Part shown: piece by piece, positions 13,936-27,700 of the stretch
Position numbering within the stretch: the first letter of the stretch is position 1
Layout: the number at the start of each line of letters is the position of its first letter
Origin: Tubiluchus corallicola
Lineage: Eukaryota > Animalia > Priapulida
Assembly (NCBI GenBank): GCA_030141605.1
Contig: JAQGDQ010000134.1
Coordinates: forward strand, 456,816-520,815
Reading direction: 5' to 3'
Length of the DNA stretch: 64,000 nucleotides
The notes under the pieces: model-generated
Told to the model about the DNA's origin: nothing
Seen by the model: only the letters and a program-made list of their open reading frames with translations
The model's database searches: none
Made by a program: the position numbers and the translations under genes

Positions 13936-14026
13936 TTCCAGGTACACCAAGATAAAATAAAGGTAATTCCAGGTACGCCAAGCTAAAATGAAGGTGGTTC
14001 CAGGTATGCCAAGATAAAGTAAAGGT
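13936..14026. repeat. 31-bp tandem repeat, 3 copies
   Basis: ttccaggta(c/t)(a/g)ccaag(a/c)taaa..aaggt three times. Confidence 0.8.
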
Positions 14027-15525
14027 CATTGCTTAAGTGGCTGCTGGCAGTTGTTTTTATTTTTAGAATTTGTTTTTCCCATCACTATCTGTTCTATAAA
14101 TTTTTCAAATTAAGTTTGACCTGTTTTCTTATGTTTATTTGTCTATCCTGAAACCTTATTACTTCAGTTTAGTTTACGATTTCCTGCTGAGGATGTGATA
14201 GCCTTGGTCTGCAGTTCCAATAAAATGATTACTTCAATTGGATATTGTCTCTTGTAAATGTTATGACAGCCCATATATTTTTTATATTTGTTTTATATTT
14301 TATATTTTTTTAAATATAAAGCCATATTTACAATAGCCCATTCTTGTAATTCTCATACACAAGACCTCGAAACAGAAGCAATCCTATCTTTAATTAATTT
14401 CAAGTTGAATGTTCTTCGAATGAATGTTCTTGAATGAAGTTAAACCCAAAAGAACAAGCAACCTTGACTTACGTTGACAACCTTTATTCTATAATAGACA
14501 AAATTATTTTCTGTATTAGTTTCTAAAATGCAAGCAGTCCTGTATTGTCTACAATTAACAATAATTTACATAGAAATCAAATTTCTGCACTATTCAAGAA
14601 CAAAGTGTATCATTGCACCTACATCCATTTTCATCTAAAACACCTAAACAACGTGGTGCATTTATAGATAAATAACTATGTATCGAATAATACAATTTTC
14701 TGTAACTAGCATCTGCAACAAATAACGTTCTAATAAGTATTGTTACAATTTACAATAAATAACTACAATAAAACTTGCGTAACTTTTGATCAACTAAGCA
14801 AATTGTACACTACAACAGTCTGCTTAGTAACAATACAATACACCTACATATACTTTCCATATATGATGTATAATTATACGTATCCAGTTAGGTTAATGAT
14901 AACGTAGACAGATAACTGTGACTAGACAAAAATTTGGCTTGAACACTGATTATTATGGGTTGACTAGAAAGTTTATATCTTAAAGATTAAATACTTGACT
15001 AGCATTGTCTTAAATTGCACAAAAACAGCTTTACATGTTTAAACTAAAAACAAAAATGCAATAAATTTTACTCATGATTGTACAATATACATACCAAAAA
15101 CAAAAGATGGTTTGAATAAAATTGTAACGTATTTTCAGACTGAAACTTATTTTCTTCCATTTTGTGTAAAGAACTGTAAGCAACAAGTTGTTATAAAATT
15201 TTTTCTGAAGTAATTAATACTGCTTACATTTGCAATAGGCAAATGGAATGATGACCACAAAAGTCAAAAGCTTGTCAAATATAGTTTAACGATACTATAA
15301 AATCTCATATTCGTGTTTTCATCTCTGTACAGGTAAGCGTGATACTAATAAAATAATAATTAAACAACTTAATATTCTCCATTTTCAACTGCTTACATTT
15401 GCAACAATGAAACGTAGAAAGCACAACTCTAATAAAATAAAACAACTCTGTCACAAATAAACAGACACAAACATAAAATATTATAATGAATATCATAATG
15501 AGTACTGCTACAACGAGATATCTGT

Positions 15526-15705
15526 TCACACTGTGTAGAATTGTGTAGCTGCCGACGACTGCATCTCGATCTGTGCCATCTTGAATTGCAAACGCCTCAA
15601 CCATTGCAGAAGTATGGTAGAATTAAATGATAATTCATCTTTTGTCTGTATTGGTGGGATGTAATTCTGACAATTCTGCAATCTCATTTGCATCTGTCCA
15701 GGCAG
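15526..15705 (-). CDS. unc-79: unc-79 terminal coding exon
   Basis: LPGQMQMRLQ..WLRRLQFKMAQIEMQSSAATQFYTV then TGA. Confidence 0.9.
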   Translation of the reverse strand: MPGQMQMRLQNCQNYIPPIQTKDELSFNSTILLQWLRRLQFKMAQIEMQSSAATQFYTV

Positions 15706-18700
15706 CTGTAAGACAGTTTGATAATGCAAATTACGTTAGCTTGTTTCAAAGTATAAAGGTTGAATCAAGCAATGTTATGTACAGGGTGTTTCAGAGAAAA
15801 CAGTGTAGTAAAAACATGCTGATATGCTGACACTAGTGTACAAAAAACGGGTAATATGGTAGAAAAATTAGAATTGTGCAAATATAATTGGATTTTATTA
15901 TGTGATAATACAGACCTATATGGCAGAGTTCTACAAGGGTCTGTTTATTGAGGCCCATCAAGCAGTCCATGTATCCGGCCCGCCAGTAGTGAAAAATCAC
16001 CAATTATCAGCTAGTCGTTATTATATACTAGAACTCACTCCAACTTTTTTTGTGATTTGATAAGCTTGCTTCTAGGGAAGGGAAGGGGAGCTCGAAAACT
16101 CTCCAAGTGCTGCACAAATATTTTTTCTACAGAGAGTTTGGGTAAGTTTTCTGAAGAACGGACAAAAAATGCTCAGTTTGGCAGTTTTTGTCCCCTCCTG
16201 GTTCATCCCACGTCTTGAAGCCACGTAAATTTAAAATCTGGTATAAAAAACATAACATTTCACAAAGCATACCTGAGCATGATAGCAGTGCAATACAGGA
16301 GCCCACATCGGAAACAACTAAAAAATACAGAAATGAAAAGTCAGTTTAGATCCCACAATTCATCTTTCAAATTTCAATAACAAGTATGCATACAGCGATA
16401 TAGGGTTTATTAAGCATTTAATAAATAAAATTAGAAAAAACTTCACTAATCTAATACCCAGAAAGGACCATGTCATATATGGTGCTACAGTTCTGAGAGA
16501 AAATGATCCAGATGTACAGGTAAGACAAATGGAATGTTCTTGTTATCGTGTGCTTACAGTTAAAAAATTAATTATTTTGAGGTCATGGTAAGTAAACTCT
16601 AGAATATACCATTCTGAGTAAAGATAAGCTATACTGTTGTTTTAGTTATGACCAAACAAAGCAACCTTTTTTAGCAAAAATGGATACACATTTTCTTACT
16701 CATCAAAGGTACACTAACTGCTATTAATTTGATAATAGTGTTAGTAGATTGCGACACTCATATAATAAACAGCAGTCATAATAATATAATATGCATAATG
16801 TGGTGCCACCTGCTAATAAGAATGATGAAGTATAATAAGCCAGTTTACCTTTAATTACAAAAGTGCAACACTGGATCTTACTAGTTCAGCAAGTGAAGAA
16901 ATATAAACGATCTGTGGAACGCTCATGAGTCACTTTTTATAAAGGTGTATAAAAGCAACCTCACTTATTAAAGCTTACCTTTGATAAAACTGTAGAGTTA
17001 CATTCTTGTAATGCTTCAATCAGACTCAAAAAATGTAAGTTAACCATCTCTGCAAGCTATGAAATAACAAATAATCACTAACAATGTGCCGATATGAATC
17101 GATAAAGAATAAATACACTGCCCTAGTATTCTAATCGCATTAATCATTTTCATTTTCTTGTCCAGCAGGTAAAATTTTTGTTTATTACCGTCTTGTTAAT
17201 GTAATATTAATAAAGCTGTAACAGATTTCTAAACTGAGGCCTTTTGTTATAAATAAAACTATTCATCGAATGAAACTGAGTCATGATTTAAATTCACTGT
17301 AAAGTGTAAACTGTAATGCAAGTATGGATGAAAAGTTGGGGTCCATGGTAAATTTTCATAAATTCATATAAACACTAAAAGCGATCATATGCCAAATAAA
17401 TTCCTGTAACTCAGAAGAGAAGAAAATGATGAGCTGATCTAGAAAATTTATGTAACTGAGATTGTGGTTTAACTTAAACCTCTGTAACTGATTAATCTAA
17501 CCAATTTCTCAGCTAATACTAATATTTAGAAAGTTAGACAACTATAGACAAATCATACAGCATTGTAAGTTGAGCTCAACTGGCCCCGACAGTTGCAAAA
17601 TTTTCAGTTTACAACATTTTCGTTTTTCATGAACATCATTGTGCATTTTAAAACATTTTAATTATCAGGTGATGATTTTGGCTACAGCAGTAAAGTCAAT
17701 ATTTTGTGTAATGAAAAGGTATCACTTAGTAAGTGAATACTGGGGAAAGTAATCAATGCTTGAGGTTTTCTACAGATAATTATTACTTGTAATGGTTATC
17801 ACTGGAGGAATACTGCAGCAGACTTCACGGGCAATAAATCTAATTAAGCATACGAGATTTTTGTAAAGTTTCGTAGCTACCATATGTAAGAAAATCGCAA
17901 GAAATCATGCCAATTCACTTCTGTTAAATCTATGAACAATTACTAATGTACAATCCATAGATTACAACCCTAAAGAGTAAGCATGCTATATAATAAACTT
18001 TGCCTGAAGCACTTCAATTTATCAAAAGGCTGCGTGCTTTTTGTGCAGCAAATAAAGGTAGACTATTTCTAGTAGAAAACTAATATCCCATTTCTCCGTG
18101 TTACCTAACTGACAACAAAGGTGAAAGGAAATTTTCATGCCTTTTTTTGAAAATACTAAATGTTTCCTCTTAGCTTCCTCTTCCCACGAAATGGAAAGAA
18201 GAAAATTGGTCACTATGTCTATCAATTTCCCACAAAAAACAAGTGAGCATGCCACTGAGCTAGAAAAAGAAACTAGTTTACCACAAGCCGAAGATTCCAC
18301 ACACAACAAATCTTGTTACTTTTCAACAAGTTTAACAAAAACTGAGCGTTTTTTGGCTAAACTGGAACTTTTATATTGTAAGATAATTCATCATGCTCTG
18401 ATATTCTGGCGCACTTCAATATAGCATGCAAAACCTACCATAACTGTATATTACATGCGTCGTGTGCCCACTAGCTAAATCTACAGAACAATCAAATAAG
18501 AAGTAAAAATTTTAATTCTGCATGCACGAGATTGACAACAAACCTCTGACCGATCCTGCATGTATAAAAATTGTAAAATTGAGAGCATTAAGCGTCGAAT
18601 ATTAAATGTCTGGTCAAAAAGAAAACAGTAAATAACACTAAACTGTTATTAAAGGCCTATACAACCGCAACCTATACAACCGCAATAGACATTGAAGTTT

Positions 18701-21700
18701 TTTCAACGCACTCTTCTGATTACAGAAAGAATTCATAGTTATTATTAAACAAAGGAGACTTATAAATTAAATAACTTACCTTTTTCTGGTGAATTTCGTA
18801 AAGATGCCGTAAAGATCACCATGTTCTGCATCTTCGGCACGAGTGAGCGAGAATGACGTACGAGGCACAGAAAGTGTCTTTGGTTATTGATGTTTATTTA
18901 CCGATCTTTGGTGACCTCGCGACTGAATTCATAACGTCATTCGTCTCGAACAACAAAAAATGACGGTTCCTTAAATTTAATACCGCTAACAACGAAGTGT
19001 TAAAAAATAAAAAAAACAAGTTTTACAGTTTATAATAAAATTAATTCAATATTCATAATGAGAGTAGGATTTTAAGTTGTAAAAGCTTATATTATAGTGA
19101 AGATTTAGTCTGACTTTAAAGTGCCAGAAATCACCCACATTGTCATTGTTTCTCCTTATGGTGCACATAAACAGATTCATTAAAAATGACAAGACTTACC
19201 ACTTTGGAATGCGAGACAAGCTGCAAAACGCCGGGGGTGACCCGCCCCCAGAAGTCCAGGATGGTGACTGAAGCAGTGATGTGTTGTTCGCTGGAGGGTG
19301 CATTCATACAAGCCAGCTGTTCACAGTACATTGTCCAGAGCTGCATCAACAAAACAAGATAAGTACAGAAAAAACAAGTTAAGGCAAAACAGAATCTTAA
19401 AAATTCAAACGAAATAACAAAAAGGCTTAATAATACCCAATTAAAGCTGATCAGGTTGGGAAGGTAGCCAGAAAGTTCTGATCAGGTTGGATCAAAAAAT
19501 GAAGATTACACAAATAGGTTCAAACTCAAAAGCATGGAATGGCACCCGAGCGCCATCATCACTTGGCCATCATGCCTTCCTCACTCTTAACAAATTTCAA
19601 ATAAAATGAAATCCTATAGAAGCATCTAACTTCAGTGTCATACATGTTATTTTCATAATGACACAATGATGTTAAACTTCTATCATTGTCAACTTTCAGT
19701 TACTCATCTATAACTCCATTCTTATAAAGCTGCAGATTAGATGATAGGATTAATTTGAAACATCATGCAATCAGAAAATTTTGTTGCAATTTCTGTGTAC
19801 AATCCTAAAGGCACAGAGCAAAACCAAGCAATAGGCATAATTTTACTAGTGATTACTACTAATTAAAAATTTTTGCAAAGTGTTTGATGCTGAATATGAA
19901 CAGAGAAAATGTAATGCCCTTTATAGTCTCAAAGATTATATTATTTATTCAGTAACTTTCGCCCGAGCGAGACTCATCAGCTGAACAGAAAGTGCTAGTA
20001 AACTGAGAGTGATGAATATGGCTTTGATTAGCATTCGAACTCGTGAATTTCGAGTTGATTCAGTTTCGATTTCTGGTCTATCCTAACAGCCTAAATAATC
20101 AACCAACTTTAAAACAAAGTACTGTGCTATAAATTAGATATCATATTCTAATTACTAGGATAATGCATTGGGCTCATTAACATTGGCAATATATTTCACA
20201 GAGATACAAACCTGACAAAGAATAAATGTATTATACAAGGAGGACATGTGCAGAACAGACGCCTTAGATTGCTCAGCGAAGCCAGTCAAAATAACCAATA
20301 CATGATCGGCAATATGGGTGCTGGCATCTATCGGAATCGGTTGGCAAACAATGGCACCCTGAGCTTGTGTCATGGCCGAATGCGTCAGAGAACCGAGCAG
20401 TAACCATGACAACAAACGAATATGTGCGATGCAATCGGTGAATTCTTTCGGACTAAAAGAAAAAACATGAAATGATTATATTTATTAAAATTTGTTCATA
20501 AGATGGCAGATTACTAATGACACGTAAGCTTACAATTACTTTTACATAAAACTCAATGTCACACCCACATTTCTACAAAGAAACTTTAAATTACTTATTA
20601 GCACTAAGAAAAGTAAAATACTGTCAGGAGCAGTCACTGCTCAATACTGTTTGGATGTATATGAACTCGAGAGATCAATTTTGCCAACTACTATATGTAT
20701 TAAATACTGATATAATTTACCCCTGTTGCATGGCTGAGGGTGGGTGACTGAGCCAAGGCAGGTACCGCCCGTGAGCACGGAAGTCTCGTCCATTGCTCCG
20801 TGTGAACTCTAATGCCACATATTGTGCTACGCCAGCTTTGAGAAGCCCACCTAATGTATCCTCATTCAGTGCAGCTGAAGAGCCACCTTTCATATTACTC
20901 TGGAACAACGTAAAAACAATTAGTCATCTGCCATAGCAGTACTTAATGCAGTCATTCTGCAATAATGAAAAAATGATTAACTGTCCTACAACCTTGCTTT
21001 AATGTGATTACTTTGTAACAATGTAAGAACAGTGAACTACTTATATCCTTCCTCAATATTACTGCTCTGCAACAATGAACTATCCAATGATTTAATGTGG
21101 CTGCTCTGTAACAATGTAAAAACAATGAACTATCCGAAAATCTTCTCTAATGTGAATACTAAGAAACAACGCAAAGACAATGAGCTATAACATAACCTTC
21201 CTTAATGTTAACGCTAAAAAACAATGGAAAAGTAATGAGCTTTCCCAAAATCTTCTTTATTGTGATTACTAAGAAATAATGCAAAGACAATGAGCTATCC
21301 CATTACCATCCTTAGTGTTATTGCTAAGAAAGAACTGAAAAACAATGAGCTTTCCCATAACCTTTCTTAATGTGATTGCTCTGTAATGTAAAAACAATGT
21401 CCTATCCTGTAATTTTCCTTAACATAATTTGTCTGTTAAGTATATATAATCTAATTGGAAAGACTATCATTAATGCAAGAAATGAGCATTGAAAAATTAG
21501 GATTGAGCACGTATTTGAACCTAAGTCTTTTGACTTGACTTATAATTAAGTTTTTTTCAATGCACATCCTTGAAACCTACCTTCACTTTGGAGATGGTGT
21601 GTAAATCAGCAATAAATTCTATGCAGTCTGTGAGATTCTGTTTCATACACTCACTACTATTCGTTGTGATCTAAACGAAAAAAAAAATTTATGTTCACAT

Positions 21701-24700
21701 GTATGTTTTTGAATTGGAGTTCAGCAGATGCTCTTAACACAACAGTTCGACGAAATATTAACAATATTTAACCCACTGCCAAGACACCTAATACTATTCC
21801 TTTAAACTTGATTCATTTTACAGATTTTACCTGCTAATTTTTCATGAAAAACTTTTCTTCAGACATGGATACAAACTGTAATATTTAACAATTACAATAA
21901 TCTCTTGTACTTTTAATCACATGACACAGTTTGTAAAGAAACATGGTTTGCGGTTTTGAATAAGTGAAGTCTATAAAATAAATGTCAAGTTAAAAATCAA
22001 AATAAACAGACAAAAACCAATTAAATTATATGCAAATCTAATTTAACAAGCTAGGGTAGTGAAAAAGGTAAGCGCTATTTGAAAACTCTAGTAACTCTTA
22101 AATGAAAATAAACCAGGAGCAAAAGCTAAAAAATGCCTTCATTAAAGTTAATCAAACTCTGTTTATATCAAAACCGTTTATATCAAATTTGACATTTTTA
22201 CTTCAATACTTTTATCAAATAACATTAGGTCAGAATTTCTATAGCAACAATTTGTATTTATCTAAAACAGATTTTCTTTTAAAATTAATTTATTTACTAT
22301 AATTTTATAAATATCTTTACTTCAGCTAACTTTTTGATTGACCATAGAACTGAAAAATGCAAAATTCATGGATAAACACTAATCCATGCCCCTTCTAAAC
22401 AAAACAGGAAACAAATTTACTAAACAAAGTTTAAACTAGAATGTGTTACTGAAATTCAAACAAATAAGTTACTAAATCAAAGGTGCTCTACAAAATATTA
22501 TTAGTGCAAAACAGTTTTTAAAATTATGACACTATGAAACAAAATTGTTAAGATAAATCATTCAAATCATCTAAATAAAGGTTCATGTTTTACCACGGCT
22601 TCACCCGTTTGCTGATTGTACTCTTGTGCTGTTACCTAAGACAAATTGTGCGATTTGTTACTTACAAAGAGCACACATACTCGACCACAAATTGTGCTGT
22701 GAAGGAAACAATTGTACAACAGCGAAATACATGAAGCTACAAAAGGAGACATAGATCACCATTGTTGACTCACATAAAAATTGCAAAAGTATTTCAGTGT
22801 AAGTAAAAGTTCTATTCAAAGTTAACAACATTTCCATAAATACCAAAAAATTCATGCAAGGTTACAAGGTTACTCACAAAGCACAACAATTAATTTAACA
22901 ACAATCAGACAAGGCCACGTTGTTATTTTATGATAATGCGGGAAATATAGCAACAATGGTTTTAAATGGTGCATGGAACACAACAACAATAGCTAGGAAT
23001 ATATAAACAATAGTGACATGTTTATAGGTAAAACCAGGCTACACTAATCAATAAATAAGCTGCAATTGTTGTTGCTACAGTGCAGTCAAATTTTGCATAA
23101 AAAAGTTTAGAGTTTTTTGCCTAAATATAGCAAGCTACTAGTATCAAGTTGAATCAATATAATGCAAAACACAATGCATTTGTTTTAGTTGAAGCTTTAC
23201 AATAAGAAGGAGAACTCCATGTGCTAATGCTTATGCAGCCATAACTACTTAGGAAATAATACTGTTTGCAAAAAATACGAATGTCTAAGATAACAATCTT
23301 AGTAAAAATACAACACTGAGGATCATATTTAATGTCATTAAAAAAAACAAAAACATCATCACATTATATAGCATAAAGTTAGCATACTCCCATTCATATT
23401 CTGCAAGGAGGAAGCATATTTCAGCAGGTGCGCCTTTAAGGGCTACTAATCAATATTACTTCAAAACAGATTTTTGTTTAGACCAATAAAAATTGAAGTA
23501 CTAGAAATGCTTGCAGTTTCACACTTCTGAGTTATACGTATTTAGGCAAAAACGCTAAAGTTTTTGTACAGGAAAATATAAATTTAATAACTGTCGATCC
23601 CATTTACTTATAACAAAAGTCATCATGGAGCCAAGAAATACACAGGTAATAAAATATAGAATGATCTCACACTTCTTGACTTGAAATAGTGAAAATAACT
23701 GCAGCACCAGACACTAGCTACTCGTCATATCTCAATGGTAATATAGTCCTTACAGTTCAATGCTCCAAAATTCAGATAAGCTAAGATTATTTTCAGTATT
23801 TCAAAGCAAAGTGGTACAAATGTGTAACTGAAGTGTTTAGTGCTTCAACAACTACAGTCACTCACCAAACTGTGTGGATCGTAGGCATCACCAAACAGCT
23901 CATCAGCGACGTTGGTAGGACTCAGCGTACCACCCGCATCCAGTACTATGAACTGCACGGAAAATAAACAGATTTTATAAAGAGCTGTAGAGCTAATGTC
24001 ATTCACGGTATTGTCACACTTTAGTGTAATGCGGTGAAAAAAGTAACTATGTTGTGACAAAGTTAAACAATGTCATGTCTGGTCGGTGAATGGAGGGCAA
24101 CTGACGGGTTCAATACTTGCTCTGGAAATTTCATTCTCCAAGTTAGTTCTTACCAAAGCTCACTGAGGAAGGAAATACTGATATCCGAACATGGCTGAGA
24201 TACCTCGGTCAATCCAGTGGCTCATTTTACATGATCACAGGATCATAACATTGATAATGTGCCAGGTTCTGGTCCTACCACAATAATCCATATTAAATAG
24301 GCTCTGCCATTAAATGCAGGGTTTCTGGGAACTGCATGAAAACTACTCAGTATCTACATTAATCAGCAAAATAAAAATCAATAAAATCTATATGGGAAAA
24401 TATAAAAACTTTGGCCTTAACATTTTAAACTTGGCACGTTTTAATTTCTTATAAACTTAACAAGTCCTAAGCAATTACCTGGACGAGAAGAATCAGATTC
24501 TCATCGGGCAAAACTGTCTTGAACTTCAATGCCTGTACCAACTCAAATGTTGCGGCTCTTGATAGTACCAGCTTATCTCTTTCCTGAAAGCAATTACTTA
24601 AGCATTATATAAGAATGAAGAATTTTAATCGCAAAAATACAAAAATAACAAAATCTGATTTGAACCCACGATAAAAAGCCACAAGGGGTGTGACGTGATT

Positions 24701-27700
24701 GTGATTAGTATCTCATGTAAGTATGCCTCTGGAATATACAGAAAAAGCATTAGTTAGCAAAAGTAAGCTACCAAAAATCGAATTGAAACTGAACATATTT
24801 TTAAATGAGTATTAAACCCTAATCAGTAGTTAAGACCAGAACAATTAATTGTCTTTGTATTACGGTAACAACAAAGTTGGGCAAATAGAATGTAGCTAAA
24901 TTGTGTTGATTGTATTATGCTTGAAAAATTTTGAAGATTTTAAAAAGGAACAAAATTGAAGTGGTTTAATTATTTAAATGTATAACTTAATTTGAATAAA
25001 TTCCAAATTTAAAAAAAGTGTTCGAATCAAATTCGAACATTTGATGCTCACCCCTAGTGTGCATTGTGTAACAATGAATGCACACAAGGTTAAAAACTCA
25101 TCCTACGCATTAATTTTTATTTAACATACTTAAACGCACATACAACACTAAACAAACCTTTGTGAATGCACGACTACACAACAAGCACAAATCCATGAGA
25201 GCTTGCAACTTGAAGGGGCAATTCTGAATCGTGAAGCTGACGATCTTCGAAAATGGCTCCAGAATATTCTGCAAAAAGATTGAAAAACACATTAAAAACA
25301 AATTTTGCACTTGTTCTATGATTTTCAAAAGCAAAAGGTTTGGCATTAGAACACAGAACTAAAGTACACTAAGGTACAATAATGCCACACTACAGGACCT
25401 AGAAAGAAATGACTTCATCAGATACAATAAATCCCCACTTAAAGGTTAAACCATGGCAGTGTTATTACCTAATAAACCCAAAAATTATATTCTTGATATC
25501 AAAAATTATATCAAATGATGCAAAAATTTGAAAACAACTTACCTTTTGCTGCGCAAGTCCCGGTATCTTTAGCACACAGGCCATAATCTTAAACGCATCG
25601 GTCATGTCGCTCACATCCGATGGAAGCATCCCTGGGAGAGCCCGGAAAAACACATCAAACAGCGATAACAGCTGATTCCACGGCCCACCCTCTAGTGGCA
25701 AACATTCCATATATATAGCCATGTTGTGCAGTAAGATCATGACACGATCATCAGCTACCCTTGAGTTCTTAACATTAAGTGCCTTGAAATAAAATAAGCA
25801 TTATAAGCATCATCTACCCTGATCAAGAAATACAATTTTTAACGGTATCGGAAACATTTTACATTAGACAAGAAGTTTGAAACCCATATCTGAAATGTGC
25901 ACTGCACACCGAAAAACACTGCACAAGTTGCATGAATTTGGCTATTTTAAAGTAAAAACCAAAAACACTGCAGAAGGTATCAGAAGAACATTAAGACTGT
26001 TTCCCTAGAACAAATACGTTTGTAATAATAATACAATAATTTGCTTTTGTCTGCACATAAGTAGTCCAGTCTACCCTAAATGTAATGATGAAGCAATATC
26101 CACAAGTATTGATTATTCTTAAACCAAGCTCAAATGACAGGAAATTTGAAATCTGAAGTACAAATTTGAAATTTTGATTATAAAAATAATGTCCTAAATG
26201 AAAATTCTTTAGTTTTACCTCTAGCAGACTGACTAAAGGAGCCCACTGGTTGAGTTCAGTAAAGTCTGCCAAAGCTGAGCAGACCATAGTGAAAAAGTCA
26301 TCTGAAAAAGGCAAAGTTCTTATTTTTTGGCATAACTAATAAAGAAACGACGGGTTTGTGCAAAGCTGTGGCTCTCAATTTAAATGTGCCACTTGGAACA
26401 TCTGAAAGACGAAATTGGTTTTCTCGATGACATGTTGATACAATGAAAGATGATGAGACATAGTATTTCTCAGGAGAATAGAGAGAAAACAAAAGGTGTT
26501 ACAGTACAGTACTAGAACTGCTCAAACAAATTCAAATTATAAAAGAGAAGTTGTCAATTTGTAATATAATGTTATGCTTTTAAGTCAAAAACAGAAAATA
26601 AATTCAACAAAATTAGTAATAAAGCAGAATAAAACATTAACACAGCTTTTGGAATACAGATGAGTGAGCCAAAGTAAAGTGAAATATTGACAGGCAGTTT
26701 TCATTATAACAGTCATTTCTCACTTCACAGCTGATCATTTTCTCACTTGGTGAGAGGATAAGATCTTGCAAACACGTTAAAGTTTGAGATTTAGTTGTTT
26801 CTGTTAAAAACATGGAAATTTTGGAACAACAAGGTAGAAAACAGCACACTACCGTCATTGTTGCTTTGAAACAGCTGTAGGAATACTCCGTGGGAAGACA
26901 GCTGGTGTAGAACTGTGCGCAGGCATTGCTTAGCAACAGACTGGCAATTGCCCGGAATGTACCAGTTACTGAAATAAAGGTGGAAGATTTATCTAAATAT
27001 TTAAAGCATTTGAAATGTATAATATTTTTTTTGTCGCAGTGCTGTTTGTTTTGTATTTTTTTGAACAGGATATTCAAGATATTTTAACATTTTATTACAT
27101 TCATTGCTTGACGTTAGCTTCTCGTCAACTAAAATCTTCTTATTGTCTGAAATTTACATTTAATTCATAAATGTGAAATATACAGTGTATAGTCAACAAT
27201 CATAGTAAGTTGATTAAAACAAACACATTGCAGTTAAAAAAGCTGAAAACTACGTTTTAGATAGCATGCTACTTTGCATACTTTTGGCAGAGTATATTCT
27301 CCGAAGTTATGAAGTGTTAACTTAACTAAAGAAAACCTAATTTTACAAAGTTTCTCAAGCTATTATCATTGCAAACAGCAACGGCAATTTCTTTTAAGTT
27401 AAGTAAAAGATTGTGAAAATCAACCTTGGCAAATCTTCTCTATATTAGTTAACGTCGAATCTATTACGATACGTATTCATTGGACTACATACTTTAATGA
27501 AAATATGCAACATTGTCATTAAGCATACTTGCAAAAAATGACTATCTGAGTCCTCTGTTATTGAACTGTGAATTAAAAACAATCTCACCTATCCACCTGC
27601 CAGGGATACATGTGATTAGAAGCAATCTTTCCCACTGCTTGCAGCATGTTCGGTAACAATGGTGAAGCCATTCCTGGCTCTCTGTGAACAAATGTTTCCA

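Noticed and set aside
18655-18690. ctatacaacc 10-mer matching the reverse complement of part of let-7
   Set aside because: It is part of a 15-bp direct duplication, with no seed match and no hairpin.
21500-21540. B-box-like (tttgaacc) sequence suggesting a tRNA or SINE; similar near 24657
   Set aside because: No cloverleaf or A-box could be built; too degenerate to call.
26637-27077. 146-aa minus-strand ORF
   Set aside because: Off-frame overlay. The real unc-79 exon (26853-26968, NWYIPGNCQSVAKQCLR..) is in another frame.
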